Part shown: one piece after another, positions 36,101-45,441 of the stretch
How positions within the stretch are numbered: position 1 is the stretch's first letter
Layout: each line of letters begins with the position of its first letter
Position numbers and translations under genes: made by a program
Notes under the pieces: generated by a model
The model's input: the letters and a program-made list of their open reading frames with translations, nothing else
The model's database searches: none
What the model was told of the DNA's origin: nothing
Source: a virus
Lineage: Duplodnaviria; Caudoviricetes
Strand: one strand, 5' to 3'
Virus record (IMG/VR): IMGVR_UViG_3300035703_000122
Location: 1-55,094 of that record
DNA length: 55,094 nucleotides

Positions 36101-39100
36101 ATCCCGTTCGACAAGCTGGACAAGGAGCGCCAGCGCGAGTGGATGGACGCGAAGGCTGAGGGCTACGCCACGGCTGAGCTGCACGACAGGATTGTCAACA
36201 GCCAACTCAAGAACGAGCGGGCTGAGCGCATCAATAAGAAGGTAGAAGAGAACAAGAAGAGGGGCGCTGGGGATGATGCTGCGGTCTTCCGCATCACTCG
36301 CAAGGCGAAAGGGCTGACGGCAGAGCGCGTCGGACAGATGTTCGACAAGATCACTCAGGGCTGGGCAAAGCTTCCCGATGTTGTGATTGTTCAGTCAGAG
36401 AGCGATCTGCCGCAGAACCTGCAAGAACAGATAAAGAAAGGGCAGGCGTCAGGCAGGGTGCCCGGTCTGTTCACTGGCGGCAAGGTCTACCTTGTCGCGG
36501 ACAACCTGACTGACAGCACCGATGTCAGCGTCACGATTGCTCACGAGATCGCGGGTCACTTTGGCTTGCGACGCATCCTTGGTGACGCCTACGCCAAGGT
36601 GATGAACGACATCTATCGCGGTAACAAGTCTGTGCGCGAGAAGGCCGACGCGATGATGGAGAAGGAGGGCCTGTCCCGCGAGATCGCTGTCGAGGAAGTG
36701 CTGGCAGACATGGCCGAAAAGGGTGTCACTGCCGACAACCGAAACGCCCTGCAACAGATCTTTGCCGCCATTCGCAAGTTCATGCGGAGCATTGGGGTCT
36801 CATTCGTCACAGATAGCGACTTGCGCCAGATCGTTAGTAACGCGCGGCGTTATGTGATGTATGGCGACATTGCTCCAGGCCAGGGGGAGGCTGCATTCGG
36901 TGACGAAGCGAGCCTCGCCGCCGTGATGAAGAAGACCACCAAGACTGCCGCGTTCCGCAGTTGGTTTGGTGACAGCAAGGTTGTTGACAAGAAGGGTGAC
37001 CCTCTTCTCGTCTATCACGCGACGACGCGAGACTTTAACGAGTTCGATCCCACTATCGGCGAAGGCTCCCACTTCGGCACTCAACAGCAAGTCGGGGCAT
37101 TCGAGGCGAAGCCAGGGTCTCGCGTCATGTCGGGATACCTTCGTCTTGAGAACCCGCTTCGGGTTGAAGACTTGGGCGACTTCTACCCCGAAACGCTGCT
37201 GGATGCCGTGTCTAGCGCGGGTGGCATCTCGTCGCAGGACTATGGCCGCATCATGGGATTGATCAACGATGACGATCTGTCCCAGTCTGAGTTGACCAAG
37301 GAGATTCACGACGCCGTCAAGGCAAAGGGGTATGACGGACTCGTCTACCTCAATGTGTACGAGGTTGTCACGAAGGACGGCAAGGTACTCGACCTATCCG
37401 ACGAGTTCCCGGAGGTTGCTGTTCGCCGTGGCGCTCGCGACTCCTATGTCATCTTCGATGCAAATCAGTTCAAGTCTGTTTTCAATGAGAACCCGACAGA
37501 CTCTTCTGATTACCTCGCGCGGCAGCAGGGTGCGCCCACCTTCTACTCCACTATGGAGCGTGCATTCCGCAACCCAAAGATCAGCCTCGACAAGAGCGGG
37601 GCGGCATCGGCTGAACAGTGGAAGGCGTGGCTGAACTCGAAGAAGGTCGAACTCAAGGTCAGGGATGCCGAGATCGAGTGGACTGGCATTAACGACTGGT
37701 TCGACCTTCAGGGCAAAGAGAAACTGACCAAGCAACAGATCCTCGACTGGATCGCTGGCAACCGCGTCAATGTCAACGAGCGGATCCTGACAGATCGTCC
37801 CGACCCGCTGATGGTCAGCGAGGATGAGCTTCCGCAGTACACCGCTCCGACAGAAGACGATATGCGCGAGTTTGTGCGCGAGCGCGCCGAGGTCGATGGC
37901 GTGGAGATGGAGACATCTCCGGACGATATGACCCGGGAAGAGTTGAACTCCTGGATCGCTGACAACTACGGCCTAGCCCGGTACCAGCGAGATCATCAGC
38001 GCCAGATCGAGCGTGCCCGTGTCGGATATGTCAAGCGCAAGTACGGCTCGAAGCACAACACCTCCAGCCTGACGCTGCCCGGTGGAACAGATTACGCAGA
38101 GCTGGTTCTGTTCGACCCCAGCACCGCCTCGTACAAGGAGTACGACGAGGTGCATTTCGGCGACATCACCAAGGGTCGCGCAATCGGCTGGCTGCGGATG
38201 AACATTCGCAGGGACGCGGACGGCAACGAAGTCCTGTTCCTCGAAGAGCTGCAATCTCAGCGCGGCCAGGATATGCGGAAGTACCCCGGTTTCGTGCCGA
38301 AGGCTCCGTTTGTCGAGGACACCGATGCCTGGACATCCCTGTTGCTCAAGCGTGCCATCGCCTACGCCCAGTCGAAGGGCGTCGACCGGGTGGCCTGGAC
38401 TCGCGGCGAGCAGCAAAACGCTCGCTACAAGCTCAGCAATCGCGTCGACACCCTATACACCGGCAAGAACAACGACGACACCTGGGAGATCTCCGGCTCG
38501 AAGGGTGGGCAGACTGTGCTCACGCGCAGCCGCGTGCCGACCAAAGATCTGCCGGATGTCGTGGGCAAGGAGCTGGCCGAACAGATCATCGCCAGCGGCG
38601 ATGGCTTTAAGGTGACGGGAACCGACCTGGAGCTTGTCGACTCAGACCTGCGTCCGTACTACGACCAGAAGGTGCCGTCTGTTGCCAAGGCCATCCTGAA
38701 GAAGTTTGGTGGCACGACCTCTGTCATGGAGATCGACGGCATCGGTCAGCAGCTTGGATTTGTGATCCCCGAGTCGCTGCAAAAGACCGTTGAGGAAGAC
38801 GGTTTGCCGCTGTTCCGCCGCAAGGACTATGAGGCGCAGTACGACGACTTGCCGGAAGACACCCGCAATCGCGCCATTGCCAAGGGCCACTACTCGCCTC
38901 CGTCAATCAAGGATCGGATTGCGGCGCTGAGGCCCCAGCTTTGGACTCGCGTCATCCAGGGGATGTTTGATCCGTTCAGGCCCATTCTCGATCTGAACGA
39001 AAAAGCCTACAAGATCGCCCGCCTGTCCACCACAACAGATGGCGCACTTGAGGGCGTGGTGCAGATGGGTCAGGTGTTCCTCAATGGCGGTGCGCTTGAT

Positions 39101-41410
39101 GGCAAGGCTGGCACCAAGGGGCTTGTCGAGTCCATGCAGCCTCTGGGCAAGGAGGTTGATCGCTTCCTGATTTGGGTCGCGGCCAATCGCGCCGAGGGCC
39201 TGAAGAAGGATGAGCGCGAGAAGTTCTTCAGCGATGAGGACATCCGCTCCCTGAAGAAGCTGAATCTTGGGCAGATGCCCGACGGCAAGAACCGCGCATC
39301 CGTCTACGCCGGAGTCCTGCGAGACATGAACGACCTGAACAAGTCTGTTCTCCAGGTCGCGAAGGATTCCGGACTCATTGACGATGCGGCGTTCAAGCGG
39401 TTCTCTCAGGACATCTGGTATGTGCCGTTCTATCGCGTGATGGAGGACGGAAGCGATCTGGGTTCTGCGCAGAACTCTTCGGGTCTGGTTGGTCAGTACC
39501 TGTCCAAGCGTCTCAAGGGTTCAGAGCGTCCGCTGCAAGACCTGATGCAGAACACTCTGCTCAACTGGTCTCACATTCTCACGGCCTCGATGAAGAACCT
39601 TGCGGCCAACGAGACGATTGACGCGGCTGTTGAGCAAGGCGGCATCGTCACAAAGCTGGAGCGCCAGGAAAAGGGTGCCGTCAAGACGATGGTCAACGGC
39701 AAGGAGACATGGTGGAGGGTTGAAGACCCGCTTCTGTTCAACGCTCTTGAGTCTGTTGCGACCTACGGCGGAACAGATCTGTTCATTAGGGTGTTCCGTC
39801 CGTTCAAGACGACCCTCACGAGGTTTGTGTCCCTGTCGCCATCGTTCAAGGTGAACAACCTGATCCGCGACTCGGTGCAGTCGATCGCGCTGACTGAGCT
39901 TGAGAAGAACCCGGTGACCAATGTGATCCAGGGCGTCTCCGCATACAAAGATCGGCGAATGAATGCCTTGTTCGGCGGAGGAATCTTTAGCCTGGGGAAT
40001 GCGTTCGACGGCGACATGACGGCCAACATCAAGCGTCTCGTCAAGTCTGGCGTCGGCGAAGACACCATCCTCACGACAGTTGATCAGGCCAAGGCTACCC
40101 TGCGTACTGGCTTGGATAAGTACGACGCCGTTTCGGACGCGCTAGAAAACGCGAACAGGCTGGCTCTGTACGAGCAGATGCGGGCCAAGGGCGCATCTCA
40201 CCTAGAGGCGTCCTATGCGGCCCGTGACCTGCAGGACTTCAGTCTCCAGGGCGCTTGGCGCATCTCTCGGTATGCCGCGAATGTGCTGCCCTACTACAAC
40301 GCTCGGATGCAGGGCCTCTACAAGATCGGTCGTGACGGACTGATGCCCACCATCCAGACCATCATGGGCACCGCCAACGAGGGTCAGCGTCAAAAGGCGG
40401 CTCGATTCGGGACTGTTCTTGGTTCTGTCACGCTGGTCACGCTCGCCCTGTACCTCGCGTACAAGGATGACGAGGATTTCAAGAAGCGCGAAGACTTTGA
40501 TCGAGACAACTTCTGGTGGTTCAAGATTGGCGACAAGGCCTACCGAATCCCCAAGCCGTTCGAGCTTGGCGCATTCGCCTCAATCATGGAGCGTGCGCTT
40601 GAGCAGATGGTGGACAAGTCTGTTGAGGGCAAAGTCTTCGGCAAGCGCCTGCTCGCAATCCTGGCGGATAACCTTGCAATTAACCCGATTCCGCAGGCCG
40701 TTCGGCCAATCTATGACATCGGGGTAAATAAGGACGGGTTTACGGATCGGCCCATCGAATCGCTTGGTCTGCAAGGCCTATCGGCCGAGAACCGCGTCAG
40801 CATGGGCACCTCTGCGCTCGGCAAAGGCCTCGGATACGCAAACGCGGCGCTTGCATCTGGGGTTGAGGCCATCACTGGTGGCGCGATCGACAAGCGCAAC
40901 CTGAAGCTGTCGCCTGTTCAGTACGACTATCTGGTTCGTGGATACCTCGGCTGGGTCGGCTCTACTGCGCTGACCACATCGAACTGGTTGATGCGCCCCC
41001 TGCGCGACAACGAAGCTCCGAGTATGCGGATCGACGATGTGTTCGTGGTGGGCAACTATGTCAAGCAGCTTCCCGCCGCGCAGTCTCGCTATGTGACCGA
41101 CTTCTACGAAAGCAGCCGGAAGATCGCAGAGGTCATGGGTGACTACAACCAAGCCGTGAAGCTCGGAAATGCTCAGACGGCAGCAGAGATCGCCCGGTCT
41201 AACAAAGACCTGATGAAGCTGAACTCTGTGTACCAACAGTTGTCGGGGAATATCTCCGACATCAACAACAAGATGAAGCTGACTGAGGACAGCAAGGCCC
41301 TGACCGGGGAGGCCAAGCGCATCGAGCTTGATCGCCTATCTCAACTCAAGAGTCGACTGGCGCAAAAGGCCGAAGAGATTCGCATCCGAACCCAGCGGGG
41401 GAGTAACTGA
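33167..41410 (+). CDS. Large polyvalent ejection protein (metallopeptidase-like, ART-like and LPD38-like domains)
   Basis: About 2747 aa. HEIAGHFGL zincin motif, FRSWFGDSKVVD..G.PL.VYH ART-PolyVal-like start, and C-terminal RDNFWW...RIPKPFELG. Confidence 0.85.
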   Translation: MAIGIRDDLFGLDKADPLFKTDKEAMADDVLPILGKRSRDPLSASLPAPGPMPSMELPQAPVVATVASASPNLVGLDDFVGIRSKTPPAQAKPQEGMVTLDEFLGVKRKEPVEQKIASDSGDASRGFSAAIRQTPAMLRGAVGLVGASAEKVFGEGGLSTDLKKYGLEGFQKGMAEIQADAKETDELTESWKKAKQGDLGALVDWAQYGIGYLGGNVVESIGTMIVGGAVGTLAAPGVGTIGGAVAGAAGKEAVKGVARNLIEAAVAKEALKIAEKRGLEAGSEAVMKQATKNVARNIGATTAMAATSIAKESGSIFGEAVEEAGTDSLSVGDLARVWGSGIAAGLVEFATDKLGLDAVTGKVKIPGGGIMGRTMIGASVGGAAEGGTELLQTAIERFGAGKQLTGEDALRDYINSTALGVLGGSTFGGIAGALGRGQGSQEEMSAMKRALKEAEADIERGSSGTLMRDVFESMMSDEKTRAILEQNNITSGDDPRLLSLVKSQIKRVELFGDLASPPTAEEAAQRTKERGEDVQAAFGDTASTGSGIGTGANEPVIKRESVVADQESGELKPVNEAAGIQAVQLPEGKNTPSTTAMSGEDIVSRQQGFEVMPAMQVGESSVANRFLSTAQAETFLFGPVNKETGKREGGYAASVPDMEFQIRRGQRSKEAGGGSFYFIEGRERPAQPASGANPGPAAAAPAPAAPAPSPAATPAPSPAPAPAPAPAPAVQAPSPAPTPAPTPAAPVTPPSDPYEAGRFAFSQKQEISANPFEKGTEAHDLFNDGFLDAMDPDSKSAAPKTKANAEFTAPATPATPATSDATETPAAPTPPKETVEQKLKNKNKQKKAEAKKSAEKSELPKADDKSGATKPTNAERVQKAVEQGQIKLAGQKWSQYAPKGVAFDSLTPDAKKRWAEAVSEGRPNMALAEELSAGQAAKTEAKADAKAEQKAAPKNDRGAARQEAIDFWEDNDDGSVPHIPFDKLDKERQREWMDAKAEGYATAELHDRIVNSQLKNERAERINKKVEENKKRGAGDDAAVFRITRKAKGLTAERVGQMFDKITQGWAKLPDVVIVQSESDLPQNLQEQIKKGQASGRVPGLFTGGKVYLVADNLTDSTDVSVTIAHEIAGHFGLRRILGDAYAKVMNDIYRGNKSVREKADAMMEKEGLSREIAVEEVLADMAEKGVTADNRNALQQIFAAIRKFMRSIGVSFVTDSDLRQIVSNARRYVMYGDIAPGQGEAAFGDEASLAAVMKKTTKTAAFRSWFGDSKVVDKKGDPLLVYHATTRDFNEFDPTIGEGSHFGTQQQVGAFEAKPGSRVMSGYLRLENPLRVEDLGDFYPETLLDAVSSAGGISSQDYGRIMGLINDDDLSQSELTKEIHDAVKAKGYDGLVYLNVYEVVTKDGKVLDLSDEFPEVAVRRGARDSYVIFDANQFKSVFNENPTDSSDYLARQQGAPTFYSTMERAFRNPKISLDKSGAASAEQWKAWLNSKKVELKVRDAEIEWTGINDWFDLQGKEKLTKQQILDWIAGNRVNVNERILTDRPDPLMVSEDELPQYTAPTEDDMREFVRERAEVDGVEMETSPDDMTREELNSWIADNYGLARYQRDHQRQIERARVGYVKRKYGSKHNTSSLTLPGGTDYAELVLFDPSTASYKEYDEVHFGDITKGRAIGWLRMNIRRDADGNEVLFLEELQSQRGQDMRKYPGFVPKAPFVEDTDAWTSLLLKRAIAYAQSKGVDRVAWTRGEQQNARYKLSNRVDTLYTGKNNDDTWEISGSKGGQTVLTRSRVPTKDLPDVVGKELAEQIIASGDGFKVTGTDLELVDSDLRPYYDQKVPSVAKAILKKFGGTTSVMEIDGIGQQLGFVIPESLQKTVEEDGLPLFRRKDYEAQYDDLPEDTRNRAIAKGHYSPPSIKDRIAALRPQLWTRVIQGMFDPFRPILDLNEKAYKIARLSTTTDGALEGVVQMGQVFLNGGALDGKAGTKGLVESMQPLGKEVDRFLIWVAANRAEGLKKDEREKFFSDEDIRSLKKLNLGQMPDGKNRASVYAGVLRDMNDLNKSVLQVAKDSGLIDDAAFKRFSQDIWYVPFYRVMEDGSDLGSAQNSSGLVGQYLSKRLKGSERPLQDLMQNTLLNWSHILTASMKNLAANETIDAAVEQGGIVTKLERQEKGAVKTMVNGKETWWRVEDPLLFNALESVATYGGTDLFIRVFRPFKTTLTRFVSLSPSFKVNNLIRDSVQSIALTELEKNPVTNVIQGVSAYKDRRMNALFGGGIFSLGNAFDGDMTANIKRLVKSGVGEDTILTTVDQAKATLRTGLDKYDAVSDALENANRLALYEQMRAKGASHLEASYAARDLQDFSLQGAWRISRYAANVLPYYNARMQGLYKIGRDGLMPTIQTIMGTANEGQRQKAARFGTVLGSVTLVTLALYLAYKDDEDFKKREDFDRDNFWWFKIGDKAYRIPKPFELGAFASIMERALEQMVDKSVEGKVFGKRLLAILADNLAINPIPQAVRPIYDIGVNKDGFTDRPIESLGLQGLSAENRVSMGTSALGKGLGYANAALASGVEAITGGAIDKRNLKLSPVQYDYLVRGYLGWVGSTALTTSNWLMRPLRDNEAPSMRIDDVFVVGNYVKQLPAAQSRYVTDFYESSRKIAEVMGDYNQAVKLGNAQTAAEIARSNKDLMKLNSVYQQLSGNISDINNKMKLTEDSKALTGEAKRIELDRLSQLKSRLAQKAEEIRIRTQRGSN

Positions 41411-41802
41411 TGGGCTACACCAAGCCTGAGCTGCGCGAGCGGCTCAAGAACCAGATCATGTCTGAGTCTGTTGCGGGCACCAAGGCGGGCCAGTGGTCTG
41501 CCCGCAAGGCGCAACTCCTTGCTCAGAGGTACGAAGACAAGGGCGGCGGATACAGCGGAGCAAAGAGCGAGTCCCAGAAGTCTCTCTCAAAGTGGGCAGA
41601 CGAGAAGTGGCGCACCAAGTCGGGCGAGCCATCGAGCAAGACCGGCGAGCGCTATCTCCCGGAGAAGGCCATCAAGTCCCTATCGTCACAGGAGTACGCC
41701 GCGACATCTCGCGCCAAGCGTGCTGGTGCGGCGCAGGGCAAGCAGTTCGTGCCGCAGCCAAAGGCGGTCGCGGAAAAGACAGCCAGATACCGCAGCAAAT
41801 AA
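41410..41802 (+). CDS. DUF5872-like basic protein
   Basis: YTKPELRERLK...GQWSARKAQLLA..Y...GGGY. Confidence 0.75.
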   Translation: MGYTKPELRERLKNQIMSESVAGTKAGQWSARKAQLLAQRYEDKGGGYSGAKSESQKSLSKWADEKWRTKSGEPSSKTGERYLPEKAIKSLSSQEYAATSRAKRAGAAQGKQFVPQPKAVAEKTARYRSK

Positions 41803-41811
41803 AGGGCGGAG

Positions 41812-42276
41812 ATGACCTGTGTAGCAGTCTCCCTAAAGCACAGATGCGTGGCGTCAGACACGCGATGCAGTTCAGACGGCGCGATGGTCAACGTCGGCAA
41901 GGTCAGGGCCATAGGCAAAGGTTTTGTTGGCGCTGCTGGCGACTGGGCTGATGTCCTGCACTTCTGGGACTTGGTCGAACAGACCGGTAAATACAGGGAG
42001 GGGCAGTTGCACGACAACTCTGAGCTTGAAGCGATTGAGTTGGGCCACGACTGCATCTATCTGTACGGGCCTGATGGCACCCGATACGCCATCAAGGACG
42101 AGTTTTACGCCATCGGCAGCGGTGGCCCCTATGCGATGGGCGCAATGGCGATGGGTGCGACGCCAACGGAAGCGGTGGCTATAGCCGCAAGGTTCGACCC
42201 CGGCACGGGAGGTGCCATCGAAACCTTTGAACTGAAGCCAAGGAGGGCAAGAAGTGCCAGATCGAATACTAAGTGA
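41812..42276 (+). CDS. HslV/proteasome-like Ntn peptidase
   Basis: Thr2 nucleophile position (MTCVA), ASD, YAIGSGG.YAMGAM and D..TGG. Confidence 0.8.
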   Translation: MTCVAVSLKHRCVASDTRCSSDGAMVNVGKVRAIGKGFVGAAGDWADVLHFWDLVEQTGKYREGQLHDNSELEAIELGHDCIYLYGPDGTRYAIKDEFYAIGSGGPYAMGAMAMGATPTEAVAIAARFDPGTGGAIETFELKPRRARSARSNTK

Positions 42277-43237
42277 CGACGAATTTGTGGAGGTCTGGAA
42301 CCGGCACAACTCGGCAACAGCAGTCTCGCAGGAGACGGGCATCTCTCTTCGTCGCGTCTTTCAGCTTAGGAAGGACATCGAAGATCGTCGAGGCATCGTG
42401 CTCGGCACGGTTGCTGGCCCAACGAACAGATACAGGCCGGATCCCGATGTAGCCAAGATGATCGTCTCATCCCGCCGGGACACGAACAGGCTTGAGTTGC
42501 AGAACGGAACCATCCTTGTTGGCTCGGACGCTCACTACTCCCCCGGCCACATCTCTGTCGCTCACAAGGCACTCTGCAATCTTGCGTTCGACATGGGTTC
42601 GGATTTGGTCGCCGTGATCCTCAATGGCGATCTGTTGGATGGCGGCTCTATTAGCAGGCATCCACGCATCCGGTGGCGCAGCACGCCAAGCGTGAAGCAG
42701 GAGTTGGACGCCATCATTGAGCGGACGACGGACATCGAGAGTGCCGTTGCCCCCGGCGTCAAGCTGATGCGCACCTATGGAAACCACTGCGCCCGCTTTG
42801 AGAGTCGACTGTCGGCGATGGTGCCGCAGTACGAAGGGGTGGCGGGATTCACCATGCGAGACCACCTCCCCAGGTGGGAGGACTCAGACCGGATCGACAT
42901 CAACGAGGACACGGTTGTCCTGCACGACTGGCACTCGGGAGTCCACTCGGGCTGGAACGATGTGCTCAAGGGTGGGTGCAACACCGTCACTGGACATACG
43001 CATGAGTTGGGGTGCAAGGCGCACGCCGGGTTCAAGGCAACTCACTACGGCATCAAGACCGGAATGCTCGCGGATGAGTGGCAGGAAGAGTTCGACTACA
43101 GGCTCGGAAAGCCTGGGATGAACTGGCAGTCAGGCTTTGCTGTGCTGACCTGGAGGGACGGGATCTTGCTGCACCCGGAGTTCTGTTCGGTGCGCGAAGG
43201 AAAGGCGTATTTCCGTGGCGTCTGCTACGCCGACTGA
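42254..43237 (+). CDS. Calcineurin-like metallophosphoesterase with N-terminal HTH
   Basis: SDAH, NGDLLD, GNH and GHTH motifs. Confidence 0.85.
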   Translation: MPDRILSDDEFVEVWNRHNSATAVSQETGISLRRVFQLRKDIEDRRGIVLGTVAGPTNRYRPDPDVAKMIVSSRRDTNRLELQNGTILVGSDAHYSPGHISVAHKALCNLAFDMGSDLVAVILNGDLLDGGSISRHPRIRWRSTPSVKQELDAIIERTTDIESAVAPGVKLMRTYGNHCARFESRLSAMVPQYEGVAGFTMRDHLPRWEDSDRIDINEDTVVLHDWHSGVHSGWNDVLKGGCNTVTGHTHELGCKAHAGFKATHYGIKTGMLADEWQEEFDYRLGKPGMNWQSGFAVLTWRDGILLHPEFCSVREGKAYFRGVCYAD

Positions 43238-43546
43238 CTGTGCCGTAAGCGTGTCGTGCAATATGACACTGAGTCTGTCGTCATAGGCAGAATCCGGTAG
43301 GAAAAAAGCTCGAATGACACACAGGAGATAGTAGGTAAACCGTTGATTAAATTGGATTTTGTGCACTGCACAACGAGATTGCAAATCCGGTTAGGGCGGT
43401 TCGACTCCGCCTCGCGCCTCCACCAATCTCTCTCACAAAACCCAAGGAAATCAACGGTTTACTTGAAAGCAGCCACTAACTTAGGCTGTTTTGACGAGGT
43501 AGGGTTTACCCTTCATGGGGCGTAACTGTGCCGTAGACTGTGTCGC
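43237..43546. other. attP region with core, IHF sites and arm-type repeats
   Basis: Inverted AATCAACGGTTTA IHF-consensus sites at 43336-43348 and 43449-43461. Direct repeat ACTGTGCCGTA at 43237 and 43525. Confidence 0.8.
43377..43422 (+). other. attP core: 3' half of tRNA-Cys(GCA)
   Basis: GATT-GCA-AATCCGGTTAGGGCGGTTCGACTCCGCCTCGCGCCTCCA contains the anticodon, T-arm and CCA end. The 5' half is absent. Confidence 0.9.
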
Positions 43547-44527
43547 AGGGTTGTCAACATACTGGCGCAGTGAGTCCACATCGAGGTGGGCGTACTTGTT
43601 CACCATCGCCATCGTCTCCCACCCGCCCAGCCTCTGAAGCGCCTGGGTCGGCACCCCCGATCGAGCCAGCCTGGATGCCCAGGTGTGCCGAAGGTCGTGC
43701 CACCTGAAGTCAAAGATCCCGGCCCGCTCACACGCCGCCTTCCAGCCCGCGTGATCCACATTGCTCATCGGCTCGCCGCTGTAGGTGAACACGTAGGTGT
43801 CGTGCCTGCCCACCTCGGCACGGATCGCGGCCACCGCCTCGTCGTTCAGGGGCAGGGCAAAGTCCTGCTTGTTCTTGAACTCCGACCCCGGAATCAGCAA
43901 GGTCTTGCTCTCCAGGTTGACCCAGTCCCACCGCATCCGCAGCACATTGCGCTGCCGCAAACCCGTGGCCAGTGACAGGCGCACCATGCCGCGCCAGTGC
44001 GCCGGAACCGACTCGATCAGCCGCTCGCACTCAGCAGGCGTCAAGAACCGCACGCGAGCCTTCGGCTCCGAGAACTTGACGATCCTGGGCACCGACTTGA
44101 TCCACTTGCGCTCCAGGTGTGCCGCCCGCAAGGCCGCACGCAGGATCGCGAGGTAGCGGTTGAGCGTGGCGTTGGCAACACCCGCCTTTTGCTTCTTCTC
44201 CACGATGGAGTAGATCAGCGCCTCGTCCACTTGATACAGCGGCGTCTTGCCGATCTGTTCCTCCCACCACCGGAGCTGCCTTGCGTACTCGGCCAGATTG
44301 CGCCTGTCGCTGCGGCTGAGCAGGTAGTGGTCAACAGCGTCCTTGAATGGTCTGTTGCGCTTGATGCCCAGCGCGGCATCCTCCACCATCTCGTTGCGCA
44401 GTCGGGTCTCGATCTGCGCGGCCAGTTGCTTGTTCGCTGTCTTGGTCGAGCCACGAACCCGCTCGCCATCAGGTGAGGTGAGATCGTAGTGCCAATAGCG
44501 ACTCCCGGCCTTCTTGAATAAAGCCAT
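43481..44527 (-). CDS. int: Tyrosine integrase
   Basis: TGLR, HDLRH, LGGW and KYAHL catalytic motifs, with an N-terminal arm-binding domain. Confidence 0.95.
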   Translation of the reverse strand: MALFKKAGSRYWHYDLTSPDGERVRGSTKTANKQLAAQIETRLRNEMVEDAALGIKRNRPFKDAVDHYLLSRSDRRNLAEYARQLRWWEEQIGKTPLYQVDEALIYSIVEKKQKAGVANATLNRYLAILRAALRAAHLERKWIKSVPRIVKFSEPKARVRFLTPAECERLIESVPAHWRGMVRLSLATGLRQRNVLRMRWDWVNLESKTLLIPGSEFKNKQDFALPLNDEAVAAIRAEVGRHDTYVFTYSGEPMSNVDHAGWKAACERAGIFDFRWHDLRHTWASRLARSGVPTQALQRLGGWETMAMVNKYAHLDVDSLRQYVDNPATQSTAQLRPMKGKPYLVKTA

Positions 44528-44548
44528 GTCGTTCCTTTCCTTGCGTTG

Positions 44549-44809
44549 TCAAAGAGCGTCGCCACCTTCCCAGGAGGCTGCCTTATTCTTGTGCTTGGAA
44601 ACATAAGCGTCAATGTCGCTCGGGTAGGCTCGCCAGCGCCCCACCCCATTGAACTTGAACACCGGCAGTCTGTTGTCAGCGGCCCAGCGCCGCGCGGTCT
44701 CGTAGTCGATGCCGATGCGTGAGGCCACCTCGCGCAGACCGATGGTCTTTGTTGCGACCGTGGGGCCGGTGGAGCTGGGCTGCTCGTCTTGCTCAGTCTG
44801 TTGTGTCAT
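44549..44809 (-). CDS. xis: Excisionase-like HTH protein
   Basis: IGLREVASRIGIDYETARRWAADNRLP...WR, directly upstream of int. Confidence 0.8.
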   Translation of the reverse strand: MTQQTEQDEQPSSTGPTVATKTIGLREVASRIGIDYETARRWAADNRLPVFKFNGVGRWRAYPSDIDAYVSKHKNKAASWEGGDAL

Positions 44810-45035
44810 CTTCTTCCGATCTGTGTTTGAGTGGCTCGACCACGATGTCGCCTTCGAGCACGAATCCCGAGGCCTCCAGGAAGCGCTGAAAGCACGCCAG
44901 GATTTCGCTCAGGTTGTTCTGATCGCCCGTGGTCATCGTCACCGTGTCGCCGGTAAAGCTGCACTTCGATGCGAAGCTGATGTAGCCCTCGCCAACTTCA
45001 TGCGAAGGGGTTGAGATCAGGTGCCGTCCATCCAT
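44793..45035 (-). CDS. Hypothetical protein (start uncertain)
   Basis: LSEILACFQRFLEASGF motif. Fills the gap between neighbouring genes. Confidence 0.55.
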   Translation of the reverse strand: MDGRHLISTPSHEVGEGYISFASKCSFTGDTVTMTTGDQNNLSEILACFQRFLEASGFVLEGDIVVEPLKHRSEEDDTTD

Positions 45036-45441
45036 TTGGTTTTCCGATCTTTCCGCCATCAAGGATCACGGGTCTGCCGCCCACCAGCTTCGCTTCGTTG
45101 GAGGACAGAACGGCTTCGTCTGCCGCCTCTTTGTTGAAGGAGGCAAGGTAAGCCACCCCGTTGCCCGTCACCTCGCAGTCGCAAAGTGCATCAAGTGCGC
45201 CGACGCGGTCATTGATCATGGCCCTGGCCTGACCTCGCTTGAGGTTGGTGGACAGGCCTAGAAGGGCGTCGCGAGCGCTGCGAAGACTGACAATGTCCTC
45301 ACCACTCCCTTCAACAGATAGGCAGTAAAGGAACTCGCGAATCTCTTCAAGGTGGCACCCGATCTGTACGGACAGATTCTGAGCAGAAGGCTCCTTGCCG
45401 CAAGCGCGGAGCCAATCTGCCGTGCGCTTGAAGTTGGTCAC
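44998..45441 (-). CDS. MazG-like NTP pyrophosphohydrolase
   Basis: LEEIREF, LDALCD, V..SN..K and GKIGKP..W..PDL. Confidence 0.85.
   Translation of the reverse strand: MTNFKRTADWLRACGKEPSAQNLSVQIGCHLEEIREFLYCLSVEGSGEDIVSLRSARDALLGLSTNLKRGQARAMINDRVGALDALCDCEVTGNGVAYLASFNKEAADEAVLSSNEAKLVGGRPVILDGGKIGKPNGWTAPDLNPFA

Noticed and set aside
33167-41410. N4-like virion RNA polymerase, suggested by the protein size and the GNA hairpins
   Set aside because: I could not find T7-type polymerase motifs, and the recognisable segments fit polyvalent-protein domains. A profile search would settle it.
43350-43425. Complete tRNA-Cys gene
   Set aside because: Only the anticodon-to-CCA half is present, and the upstream sequence cannot form the acceptor stem or D-arm. 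It is the attP core.
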